Source of the DNA: Eledone cirrhosa
Lineage: Eukaryota
Assembly (NCBI GenBank): GCA_964016885.1
Contig: OZ024742.1
Location: 153,388,001-153,452,000, forward strand
Reading direction: 5' to 3'
Length of the DNA stretch: 64,000 nt
Position numbers and translations under genes: made by a program. The notes below the pieces were generated by a model. That model had not been told where the DNA came from, searched no databases, and saw only the letters and a list, made by a program, of their open reading frames with translations. Shown piece by piece: positions 14,101 through 25,721 of the stretch (the first letter of the stretch is position 1; each line of letters begins with the position of its first letter).

Positions 14101-16376
14101 CAATGCGGCACACGCAAATCTCCAGGTCTCGACGGTCTACCCTACGAATTTTACGTAGCAATGCCGGACTTGTACTCCGCACTCCTGGAAACGGTCTACT
14201 GCAATTGGCAGTAGAACGGGAGAATTCCCAGTTCTGTGACCAAAGGCGTAGTCACGTTAGTCAGGAAGGACGAGAATAAGGGGGATGACATAGGCAACTT
14301 CCGGCCCATAACTCTGCTCAACACAGAGTTACAAATTTTGGCCAAGGTGTTGGCAAATAGGCTGGCGCTTGTCGTAGAAAACCTGGTGGGAGAAGCGCAG
14401 ACATGCGCAATCCCGACCATGTCCATACACGACAACCTCCACTTCAAGCGATAGATCATAGAGAGGGTAGGGTGTAAACCCGGCTTCGGTGGGGCCCTGA
14501 TCAATTTGGATCAGTTTAAAGCTTTCGATAGGGTTGCCCATCGTTACCTGGATGTGGTGCTCGAGGCGGCAGGCTTCGGATCCGTGTTCAGGGGCTGGAT
14601 TGCTGCAATGCACAGCAACAACATCTGCTAGAGGGTCAAGGTGAACGGCTACCTCTCGGAGCCGTTCAATATCACACGATCCAACGACAGGGATATCCGC
14701 TGTGCTCCCTTCTGTACGTACTGACTCTCGAGCCAATACTGCGGAATTTGGAGCTATTGCAGGGCATCCCTTTGGAACCTGGACTCCGAAAAGCGGCGCT
14801 TGCCTACGCCGACAACGTGACAGTAATGGTGTCGAGCACCTTACAAATCGGGGAGTGCGGCACCTTACTGGAGGAATACGAAAGTTTCACAGGAACGAAG
14901 CTGAACCAGGACAAATCCGTCGGTTTACAACTCGATGCCTTCCGATAGCGTCGTCGGACGCTGGACGTAAGGACCGGTAAAGCTGCTCGGGATCTAGTTT
15001 GGTCCGGACCTCCAGGTGGAGAAGAACTGGAACGAGGTGACGGCCAAGGTGTTTGCGCTCACCCAGAAGAGGGCCGAGTGCAAACTATCCTTGAAAGGTC
15101 GAGCGGAGGTGGTGAACACTGTTATAGCGTCCGTCATCTACTACCGCTTGACCGTCGTGCCTTGTCCAGCTAAAACGCTCACCAAAATGGAACGCGCGCT
15201 CTTCCAATTCCTTTGGAAGAAACGGGCTCCTTTGGTGAGAAGATCCATCTGCTGCCAACACCCCTCAAACAGAGGGCTGGGAATGCCGTAGCTGACGATC
15301 GATGCGCAAACACACGCTCAGGCTGCGGCACCTCCTCGTATTCCTTACCAAACAACCGGTGTGGGCCACGTTCGCGAGACGAGCATTCACACGACTCGTC
15401 TCGCTGACCAGCTGCAGTCCTGGGTCAAGCAAAGACCGAGGAAAATGGGCGACTGGCACATCGAATGTGCTAAAGCGCTCACAGTCCTCTGGCAAACGGA
15501 CCCGGCGATCAGTCGAGTCTCCACTTCGACATTCTATATGGGGTTGGTCCGCAGCAAGTGCGACGACACCGTCGGCGAAACTCTGGGCGTAGAGGAGGAT
15601 GAACTGGCTAGTCTTTTCGGTAGGACCTTCCGCCCGGGACCAATGGACAACTTCCAAAAGTCCCTGGCCTGGCAGTGCTACTGAGGGGCTCTACCAGTTC
15701 GAGACAAGCTCTACAGACACGGGTGCCCGGGTAGGGACCCTTCGAAAAAGATCTGTCCGAGAGGAGTGCACGACGAGGAAACCGTCGCGCACTTATTTGT
15801 ACACTGCCCGGCCGTTACCGACCTGTGGGGCTATGTAGAACGACCATTGTCGTGGGTGGGACCTATCCAATTGACCACCGATTCCATTGTCATGATCAAA
15901 CCGCCACCCTCCTTCAAAATTATGGCTATGGTGAAAGAGGTTATATGGTGGACGAGGTTAAAAGGGCTGAGGTCAGACACCTTTCTCTCCGGCGAGCAAC
16001 TGATTCGTTTTTTCAAATATCATTTTGGAAGAAGAATCAGGATGGAGAGAGAGGTGCTGTATCCCAGCACATTTTATAAAAGGTGGGTGAATATGGCAAA
16101 GATGGCCTGAGTGGTTGGACCTTCTGTCTATATAAGCCTGTAGGTTGAGGAAAAAGAGGAAGAGAGGATGGGAGTACTCACTCTTGGTGCTCCTGGAGAT
16201 GAGGGTTGTACATTTTTTCGGGGTGTGTACAACTCCTGTGTAACACCTCCTCCCTATTGTTGATTTCAATTGTTATTTCTTATTTTATTAACAGTTTTAT
16301 TTTCATATACATGTATGTAAACTCCCCATTTGTATTTGTCCCCTTCTTTTGTGCCCTTGTGGCTAATAAAGAAATG
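11101..16376 (+). mobile_element. Tx1/L1-clade LINE copy 2, degenerate, lacking 5' UTR
   Basis: ORF1 fragments (KKYVTFGENG, VEGRRPS) and ORF2 fragments (NFRPITLLNTELQILAK, AYADNVT); AATAAA at ~16365 then (TATC)n. Confidence 0.93.
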
Positions 16377-16409
16377 TATATATCTATCTATCTATCTATC
16401 TATCCATAC

Positions 16410-16451
<42 letters not shown>

Positions 16452-16688
16452 TTATATATCTATCTATCTACGATGGACACATGTGCTGAGCTCGCTCGGT
16501 AAGTTTTTGTTTAAATTCATACGGAAATTGTAAACTGTAAACTTTCATTTTTGTATCATTTTGTAGAGGGACTGCCAGGTCAAATTTTGATCTGGTCGGT
16601 CTCTCAAAATATTCTGCGCCTTTGGGCGAAATAGTATTGTGAACATTTTATCTTTCGAAAAACTTCGAAAAACCCTATTTTGAGAAAA

Positions 16689-16865
16689 ATGGCTGAAGCA
16701 TCCTCACCATCAATCAAAGAAGGAAAGGGGAAGTCATACTCACAGCTTCCCCCTGCCACTGTCACAGCAGCAGATGCCAAAGGCAGAGGTCAGAGAGAGG
16801 AAGAATTGTCTTCACCTGTTGACCGACCACTAGATGTAGCCACAACTACACAAGAATTTGAAAAC

Positions 16866-16896
<31 letters not shown>

Positions 16897-18542
16897 GCAA
16901 CAATAAAGACAGCAAAAACAACAACAACACAAACGTCACAAGTATCCACACACGAAACGAGAAAGACAACAACAACAGCAAAGATGAAAACAACTCAAAC
17001 GACGAGAAACAAAACAATACTAATATCCAAAACGAAAACAAAATATCTTTTGCACAAACGGCTAAATTATCAGTCGCTTATGTGCTGGAAGATATTTCAA
17101 AAGCAAAAGAAATGCTGGAAAAAGCCAAGAAATATGTGTCTTTTGGCGAAAACGGATCGTTTTCTATACATTCACCTCCGGAGCTAAAAAGACAGACGGA
17201 ATTACGAACTGTCGTATTCCGAACAATTTTAAATAAAACAAAGAAACCAGCGCAACCATCTCAAGCAGAAACTCAGTTAGTCTTGAAAGACGCGATGAGA
17301 GACATCACTTTCATACAAAAGGATAAACTCTATGGGAGTTTATCCATATTGATGAAAGACGAATTGGCGGCAAAAAAATACTCTGTGTCGCCAATTCGGT
17401 CCACACACTACACCTTCTTCCCCACCTACATGGGTAAAAAAACCCAGAGGATATGGATAACCACCATCACCCCAAACATAAACTACTGGTGGTTACTAAC
17501 CGGTTTCCTCAATTTAGACGAGGACAACCTCATCTCAATAGGGAAGGCATCCGGCGACGCGTTCAGTGGAACGAGCCTCGAAGTTCTGACCCAAATAAGG
17601 CCAGAACGCATCGCCCAAATCCCTGAGCGCGTCATGCTGGATGACCGTACCCACCTCAACATTATTGTGGAGGGTAGGCGTCCCTCCTGTTACCTCTGTG
17701 GCAATAGAGGTCACCTGAGGGCTGCCTGTCCCCAGCTCACACAGAAAAAAACACTGCTACCAACACCAACACCACCCCAACTACAACAACAAAAACAACC
17801 ACAACAACAACAAAAACCAACAACCCCACCACCACCACCACCACAACAACAACAACAACAAACACGTGAAAAAATAACACAGAATACTGTCCCACCCAAT
17901 CCCTCCCCACCCAAAACAAATACAAAAACACGCACACCGCAAACACTACCAGAAAACATACCCCTCCCACCCAACAAGGAAGACGAACCTCTTTCGTCGC
18001 AAGACGAAAAAGATCCCTTCCAACAAGTAAAAAGAAAGAAGAGGAGACGCACCACAGACACACATGTTAACTTTAATCCCCCCCAAGAGAACACAAACTA
18101 CACACAAACCACCCCTCCCTGTCACACAACACTAACTGCTACACAAAAAAAGACATTACAATACACATACATGAACACAGACAACAAAGAATTACGGAAA
18201 ACAATTTCAGCAAACCCTTCGGTCCAAACCGAAGGGCCAAACTTTATAACTGCTGTGGGACTACCTCATTTGAAAATGATAAAAGTCCCAATGCACTTGT
18301 ACAAAACACTGAAAATAAATTTCACGGAGGACGTGGGCCCCCCCTGCGCCAAACCAATCAACCGCGTCCTCCTAAAAAATTTCACCCCCCCACCTCACCC
18401 AGACACCCACTCAACGACAAACACCCCAACCCCACAACACACCGATGCCCCTTCACTTCCACAAACCACAACCCCACCCAACAACCCATCCCCAACCAGC
18501 ATGGAAATTGAGCGGCCCGTTTCCCGGGACGCAGAGAGGTAA
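16689..18542 (+). CDS. LINE ORF1 protein (gag-like, CCHC zinc knuckle, Asn-rich and Pro/Gln/Thr-rich low-complexity regions)
   Basis: Open frame from ATG 16689; CYLCGNRGHLRAAC knuckle; basic KRKKRRR patch. Confidence 0.9.
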
Positions 18543-18566
18543 GTGCCTTTTCTCTTTACCACCAAC

Positions 18567-21500
18567 ATGGCTGTGCTAAGAGTAGGGTGTCTAAATGCGC
18601 GTGGCCTGGGCTCGTCTTGGAAGCAAGCAATGCTTCTAAATGACCTCAGGTCACAATCTATAAATGTGATGGTTATCTGCGAGGCCCGGATCAGCAGCAT
18701 GCGACAGCTAGCCCCCACCTTTGACGACTTTGAGATGCACGCATCTCTCTGTCAGCCCGGAGGTGGGGGTGGGGTTGTCGTTCTGCTGCAAAAACATATG
18801 GGCCTTGCAACACAGATAGTTCACTTGGACCCAGGGGGTCGACTGGTGGTGCTGGACCTTGGCAGTGGTGAAGGTAGAGCCTTTAGGCTGATAGCCGCAT
18901 ATGCCCCTTTTGGGACAGAGCGGCCCGACTTTTTCCAGCGTCTGGAGTCTTTTCTAGGGACGTCCCGTTCCCTGCTTTTAGTGGGGGATTGGAATGGTAT
19001 CCTGGATGCACGTTGGGACTATGCAGGGGCATGTCCCGATAGAGAGGGGTGCAACAGCCTCAAGGGGTTACTCGGCCGATTTGACCTGGCCGATAGATTT
19101 CGACTAGATTTTCCGACGGTGCCAACCTGGTCTTGGTCAAATCGCAGCGGATCATCTAGATCGTACCTAGATAGATTTTTAGTTAGAAATAAGGACAGGG
19201 ACTTTTTAAGTTGTCCAGAAATGCTCATGGTTGGCTATTCAGACCACAAGTTGGTGACCTGCATGGTCAACCTTGATAGAACGCATAGACAGGGCCCCGG
19301 TTACTGGAAGCTCAACTTGTCCTTGCCGGCAAGTAGAGCCTACAGGAATCGGATTAGTACGTTAGTTAAGGAACGGTTGACTGGAGCGATCGTCAACAGC
19401 AGGTGGTGGGTATCTCTAAAGAGAGAGATTAGAGTAGTCTCCATTGAATTTAGTAAGGTTCTAGCTGCGGATAGGAATAGGAAGGAAAGGGAGCTAATAG
19501 ATAGAGTAGAAGAGGCAATTAGAAGCGGCGACGTGGCCAGAGTGCTAGCGTCGAGAACGGCTTTGAGCCAGTTTTTCGACGCGAAGCACGAAGGCTGCGT
19601 TGTCCGAAGTAAAATACGTGCTCTAGGGAACGAGGGGGCCAAAGCTGTTAGCTGGGCCCGCGTGACAGAGGCCAACAGTGGAACTAAATCCACCATCCGG
19701 TCTTTGCGAGACCTGGATGGACGGGCGATTCTTGAGCCTAAGCAGATGTGTGAGGCCTTTCAAAGGCACTTTGCCCGACTGTTCGGGAGGGGCGGGGAGC
19801 CGGTTGGAAACGTGGACTTCGGTCCATACCTCGACGGCCTGCCGCGCCTCTCGGACAGGGAGGCGAAGTCTTGCGAGGAGCCGATTTCGGCCGCTGAGAT
19901 AGAGGACGTGCTGGGCCAATGCGGCAAACGCAAATCCCCGGGTCTCGATGGTCTTCCTTACGAATTATATCTAGCTATGCCGGACTTGTTCCCCGATCTC
20001 CTCGAGGCGGTCTACTGCAACTGGCAACAGAACGGGAGAATTCCCTGTACTGTGACCAAGGGCGTAGTCACGCTAGTGAGGAAGGACGAGAACAAGGGGG
20101 ACGAAATAAGTAACTTCAGGCCCATAACTCTGCTAAATACAGAGTTACAGATTTTGGCCAAGGTGCTAGCAAAGAGGTTGGCGCTTGTCGTGGGCAACCT
20201 GGTGGGAGATGCGCAGACATGCGCTATCCCGTCCAGGTCCATCCATGACAACCTCCACCTCATGCGATACATCATAGAGAGGGTTGGGAACGAACCCGGC
20301 TTTGGTGGGGCTCTGATCAACTTGGATCAATCTAAGGCGTTCGATAGGGTCGACCATGGTTACCTGGATGCGGTGCTAGCGGCGGCAGGCTTCGGACCCG
20401 TTTTCAGGGGCTGGATCACTGCTATGCACAGCAGCCGCATCTGCTCTAGGGTCAAGGTGAACGGCTACCTCTCGGAGCCGTTCAAAATCGCGCGGTCCAT
20501 CCGACAAGGGTGCCCTCTCTCCTCCCTTCTGTATGTGTTGACTCTCGAGCCACTACTGCGGAAGTTGGAGTTGTTGCAGGGCATCCCTTTGGAACCGGGA
20601 TTGCGGAAAGCGGTGTCAGCCTACGCCGATGATGTGACAGTAATGGTGTCGACGGCCTCCGAAATCGAGGCGGTCGGCACCTTACTGGAGGAGTACGAAA
20701 AGTTCACAGGGGCTAAGCTGAACCGGGACAAGTCGATCGGTTTGCAACTCGGCACGTGGAGGGGCAGACCGATGCCCTCCGATGGCGTCGTCGGACGCTG
20801 GACGGAGGGCCCGGTGAAGTTGCTCGGGGTCTGGTTCGGACCGGACCTCCAGGTGGAGAAAAACTGGGCGGAGGTTACGAACAGGGTGTTTGCACTGACC
20901 CAGAAGTGGGCCAGTTGCAAACTATCCCTGAAAGGTCGGGCGGAGGTGGCGAACACTTATATAGCGTCCGTCATCTACTACCGCCTGACCGTAGTGCCCT
21001 GCCCAAGGGAAACCCTCACCAAGATGGAGCGCGCGCTCTTCCAATTCCTTTGGAAGGGGCGGGCTCCTATGGTGAGGAGATCCATCTGCTGTCAACACCC
21101 TTCGAAAGGAGGGCTGGGGATGCCGTGGCTAATGATGCGTAAACACGCATTAAGGCTACGGCACCTCTACGTATTCCTCACCGGACAACCGGTGTGGGCC
21201 CCGTTTGTGAGACGAACCTTTCCCAGACTCGTCTCACTCACCGAACTGCAATCCTGGGTCAAGCAGAGACCGAGAAAACTGGGCGCCTGGCACACTGAGT
21301 GTGCCCAGGCGCTCACCGCCCTCTGGCAGGCGGATCCGGTTATCAGTGGAGACTCCACCGCAACATTCTATAGAGGGCTGGTACGCAGCAGGTGCGACGA
21401 CGCCCTCGGAGAAGCCCTAGACATGGAGGAGGACGAACTGGCCAGCCTGTTCGGTAGGACATTCAGCCCGGGACCTATGGACAACTTCCAGAAGTCCCTG

Positions 21501-22004
21501 GCCTGGCAGTGCTACCGAGGGGCTTTACCCGTTCGAGAAAGGCTCTACAGACACGGGCGCCCGGGTAGGGACCCCGCCAAAAAGATCTGTCCCAGATGCG
21601 TGTGCGACGAGGAAACCGTTGCACACGCATTGGTACACTGCTCGGGCGTAGCCGATCTGTGGGGCTATGTCGAACAACTGCTGTCAAGGGTGGGACCGAT
21701 CCGGTTGACCACCAAGTCTATTGTAATGATCAAGCCGCCTCCCCCCTTCAAAGATGAAGCAGAGGCGGTGTTTCTGTGCGTAATAGCCATGGCGAAAGAG
21801 GTTGTATGGTGGACGCGTCTGAAAGGACTGAGGTCGGGCGCCTTTCTCTCTGGCCAACAACTGGTCCGTTTCTTCCGATATCATTTCGGAAGAAGGATCA
21901 GGATGGAGAGAGAGGTGCTGCACCCCAGTCGTTTTTATGAAAGGTGGGTGAAAGTGGCGAGAATGGCCCGTGTGAATGGGCCTTCTCTTTACATAAGCCT
22001 GTAG
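18567..22004 (+). CDS. LINE ORF2: AP endonuclease + reverse transcriptase + C-terminal Cys/His finger
   Basis: GCLNARG, VGDWNG, SYLDRF, SDHK (APE); YWKLN; RQGCPLS, AYADDVT (RT); CPRC..EETVAHALVHC. Confidence 0.97.
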   Translation: MAVLRVGCLNARGLGSSWKQAMLLNDLRSQSINVMVICEARISSMRQLAPTFDDFEMHASLCQPGGGGGVVVLLQKHMGLATQIVHLDPGGRLVVLDLGSGEGRAFRLIAAYAPFGTERPDFFQRLESFLGTSRSLLLVGDWNGILDARWDYAGACPDREGCNSLKGLLGRFDLADRFRLDFPTVPTWSWSNRSGSSRSYLDRFLVRNKDRDFLSCPEMLMVGYSDHKLVTCMVNLDRTHRQGPGYWKLNLSLPASRAYRNRISTLVKERLTGAIVNSRWWVSLKREIRVVSIEFSKVLAADRNRKERELIDRVEEAIRSGDVARVLASRTALSQFFDAKHEGCVVRSKIRALGNEGAKAVSWARVTEANSGTKSTIRSLRDLDGRAILEPKQMCEAFQRHFARLFGRGGEPVGNVDFGPYLDGLPRLSDREAKSCEEPISAAEIEDVLGQCGKRKSPGLDGLPYELYLAMPDLFPDLLEAVYCNWQQNGRIPCTVTKGVVTLVRKDENKGDEISNFRPITLLNTELQILAKVLAKRLALVVGNLVGDAQTCAIPSRSIHDNLHLMRYIIERVGNEPGFGGALINLDQSKAFDRVDHGYLDAVLAAAGFGPVFRGWITAMHSSRICSRVKVNGYLSEPFKIARSIRQGCPLSSLLYVLTLEPLLRKLELLQGIPLEPGLRKAVSAYADDVTVMVSTASEIEAVGTLLEEYEKFTGAKLNRDKSIGLQLGTWRGRPMPSDGVVGRWTEGPVKLLGVWFGPDLQVEKNWAEVTNRVFALTQKWASCKLSLKGRAEVANTYIASVIYYRLTVVPCPRETLTKMERALFQFLWKGRAPMVRRSICCQHPSKGGLGMPWLMMRKHALRLRHLYVFLTGQPVWAPFVRRTFPRLVSLTELQSWVKQRPRKLGAWHTECAQALTALWQADPVISGDSTATFYRGLVRSRCDDALGEALDMEEDELASLFGRTFSPGPMDNFQKSLAWQCYRGALPVRERLYRHGRPGRDPAKKICPRCVCDEETVAHALVHCSGVADLWGYVEQLLSRVGPIRLTTKSIVMIKPPPPFKDEAEAVFLCVIAMAKEVVWWTRLKGLRSGAFLSGQQLVRFFRYHFGRRIRMEREVLHPSRFYERWVKVARMARVNGPSLYISL

Positions 22005-22267
22005 GTGGAAAAGAGGAAGGAACGAGGGAGCACCCCCTCTCTGTGCTCCTGAGGAAAAGGGTTGCACACTTTTTTCGGGGGTGTGTGCGACCCCCCAAGG
22101 CGCCTCCTCTCTATTGAGGATTTTGTTAAAACTTTTATTTTTTGTTATATCCTATTTTATTTTTATATTTTGTTATTGCCTCCTCCTTATTGAGGACGCC
22201 TTTTTGTGTAAACTCCCCCCTATGTACTTGTCCCACTTTTGATGCCCTAGTGGCAAATAAAAGAAAC

Positions 22268-22309
<42 letters not shown>

Positions 22310-22849
22310 CTATGTGTATAAAAGGAGAGAAAATAAAAAGCGAGAGAAAAGATTAGAACATGCTCTACATGGTTTACCAATAAGGAGAAAGATAATGTAA
22401 ATGTATTTATTTATTTAACCCCCAACGCTTGCTTATGTCCAATGAATTTCACTTGAGACCAGTCAGCTTAGAGCACATTGGCTAATTACCACGGGCTTTA
22501 CCTTTTTAACGAAGCCTCTGCTGTATATATTTATTGAATTTAAAGCCCTGAAGTGAGTTTCGTAGTTACTCTTATACATCTCTATATCCACTTACAATTC
22601 CATATCTTAAAAAAATGTCGAAAGGAATACATTGTGGACGCCAACACAAATACAACTCATTTACATACATACATGTTGATTACTACTTCTTGTCAGTAAA
22701 GTTCAAACCCTTTATGGAACATTGTATGATCATGTGCTTGTAGGACTTTTCAGACACGCTTTTCATTTGCGGGCACGTTCAGGTATGTGGCACTTGAACC
22801 GTCTCTCTCCATGACCATGTATACATATTTACCTATCGCTTCGCGCAGA

Positions 22850-23500
22850 CTTATAACACGATAATCAACACATTTAGCCTTGGAGCCCCGTCTTCCGGGA
22901 CAGGTTAAGCATACCATACACATAACACTAGTCCATGAAATGGCATATCAACAAGGTCCCCTCCAAAGAGGACCAGTTCAACAAGTATTCTATCCAAATC
23001 TGGAGCTTTCTTTGTGTTTATCGCTTTGATAGTCGACCTTATCTCATCAATGGTTGAATCATTCATCAACTCTGTTACATTCTCTTTTTGTGGCAGTCCA
23101 TTAATAATTTCCTCATCAACTACAGATCTGTAAAGCGTCCAGTCCATTACTCATGCTGGATCTTTGATAGGGACGTCCCCATATGAAGACTTCAATTGTT
23201 CCATTGTTGAGGGTTGTGGGCAAAAAACCTGCTTTATTGTATAATGAATTCAAGTCTTTGCAATTATAAGCTCTCTGCAGAGCTGCTGAAACTTCAAACC
23301 AACAGTTATTCTTCATCTTTCGAGTTTGACATTGCGGCTTTGAAGCTCATAAGTGGCCATCAGAGTCCCTCTGTAAAAAGGCACTTCTAATACAGCTCGT
23401 TTTTCTCTTCAGTGAGGATGGTAATTGCAGTATAATTTTCATCAAACCAGTCCCAGTGCGTTGTCTTCTTAAGACCAAGAGCATAATTCCCAATGCTGTA
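22850..23500 (-). mobile_element. RTE/BovB-like LINE fragment (degenerate)
   Basis: Minus strand gactggtttgatgaaaat (DWFDEN) and EIRSTIKAINTKKAPDLDRILVEL. Confidence 0.7.
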
Positions 23501-23571
23501 AACATACATATATACATTCATCCATTCATACACTCATGCATAAATGCATTCATTTATAGATGCATACGTAT

Positions 23572-23622
<51 letters not shown>

Positions 23623-24539
23623 AGTGTTTATGGTTAAAGAGTGACTCTTAATATTATTGTCATTTACGGTGGACACACCGGTTTCAAATATATATACATA
23701 TATATTTATAATGATATATGTGGCAAAAATAATGGATTTCTTCTGAAATAAGAGCCTCAGAATATTTTCACTGATTTAGAAAATGCAGCCAATAATTTTT
23801 GTTTTTTTTGTTTTAACAGGTTCTATCGTAAGATTTGCAGCAGGCCGGCTTACATTTATGCCAAACCTGTATAAACATGTACAAGAAGATTTGACATCCA
23901 CGCAGTCCTGAAATTACAGTTTTAGTCTAAAGTGCGCCGCTCCTCTCTTTCGTTGTTATCATTTCATGACCTTGTAGAGGGATTTGAAAATGTCTTGAAG
24001 ATGATATTATCCAGTCAATTGTGTCTTGGTTGGAAGATTATTATATAGAACTATATAGAAAAGATCAAAGAAGGCACCGACTTGAAAATCTGTATCCATT
24101 AACTACTTAGAATATTTACGACTGATATATGAACGGGTAGTCCAATACGATAAATAGTTTAAAGGCGTTCTACAAAGCATTGAATCTTAGTATGAGCGCT
24201 ACTCATCTAAATATGTATCTCATTAAATTTTCAGAAGCTAGCGAAAAGTAGAAATACCGTGATATTAACAAGAGCATTAGTAATGTGATAGATAATTATG
24301 AATCTATACACACAATTACTCTCTTGAAAACTGTTCTTCGTAATCAGAAATTGTAGTATATCAATGTTTATTATTTTGTCTTTAATATTAGATTTGAGTT
24401 GTTTTGCTTTGTTCAAGATACATTTTGAAATACACAAGCTCTTTAAACAATCGCTGTCGTCCTTTAATCTTGGTTTATGGCCCGTACATTAAGATACATA
24501 CTCAAATTTAAGCAAGTATGTATACAAATGTGCACCCAC

Positions 24540-24593
<54 letters not shown>

Positions 24594-24598
24594 GTTCG

Positions 24599-24631
<33 letters not shown>

Positions 24632-24737
24632 GTTCGTATATATATATATATCCATATATTGGAGTTTACCAATATATGTCCTAGTAAAGATCATAGAAGC
24701 TCCATACTGGTAGTTCATTCTTAATTTATCATATATA

Positions 24738-24800
<63 letters not shown>

Positions 24801-25049
24801 GGACACACATCGAGATAAATCCACATGTATGAATGATTACAATCACACACGATTCTACTAGTTTAAATGAATTGATAAATAGTACGTAAATTTATTTAAA
24901 GGGATATGCCTGTAAACTTAAGTTGACACTCATAGCCAAACACCATTATGGATCTATGTGTATCGATTTTGAAAAGGCCCAAATGGAAACATATATACAC
25001 GAAAATATATATGTATATATGTGGTCATAAACTATCATCAAACAACAAT

Positions 25050-25465
25050 TGAATGGTCGCTGTGCAGTATCGCATCGCTCTAGGTTGGGCACCTTTCAAT
25101 AGGAACAAGGAAGTACTAACATCACAACGAGTTTCCTATCATTTGAAGGCTAATATCTTTGATGCTTACATCCTACCAGTTTTGTTATATGGTCTCGACT
25201 GTGTTAATTGGACGACAAACTCATTTCACAAACGCTCTACTTTCCATAAGCACTTCATGATACGCGGCTCAGCGACCGTATCTGTATCAGTGGGCTGCTA
25301 AACATGACCAGTCTTAGACCAATCAAATAGGTTGATTGGTGAATAGTGCTTAAACTGTATGGTCATATCAAAAAGATCAACTCGTGGTGTAGGTTATGCC
25401 TAGAAGGAAAGTTGGCTGGTAAAAGAAGCATAGGTCGGCAGCCAAAACGATGGCTTGATGTTACC
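25050..25465 (+). mobile_element. RTE-like LINE 3' fragment
   Basis: RIALGW..F, IFDAYILPVLLYG..W, then GHI and EGKLAGKRSIGRQPKRWLD. Confidence 0.75.
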
Positions 25466-25637
25466 TTATGGATTGGACTTGACCATTGCTGTTCAAACTC
25501 TGTTGTTGGTGATCAAACTTTGTGAAGATAAATATCTCATGTTGATGTGCAGTCTGCAACTTACAGAGTGTATCGTCGAGAGAGAGGGATAGAGAGAGAG
25601 AGAGAGAGGGAGAGAGAGAGAGAGAGGGATAGAGAGA

Positions 25638-25721
<84 letters not shown>

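Larger units (their letters stand above)
16471..22268 (+). mobile_element. Full-length, apparently intact Tx1/L1-clade non-LTR retrotransposon (copy 3)
   Basis: 5' UTR, two uninterrupted ORFs, AATAAA at 22256-22261, (TATC)n on both sides (16381-16470, 22269-22309). Confidence 0.96.

Noticed and set aside
23820-23910. Possible host exon after ttttgttttaacag
   Set aside because: Only a short frame, no recognisable protein and no partner exons; needs RNA evidence
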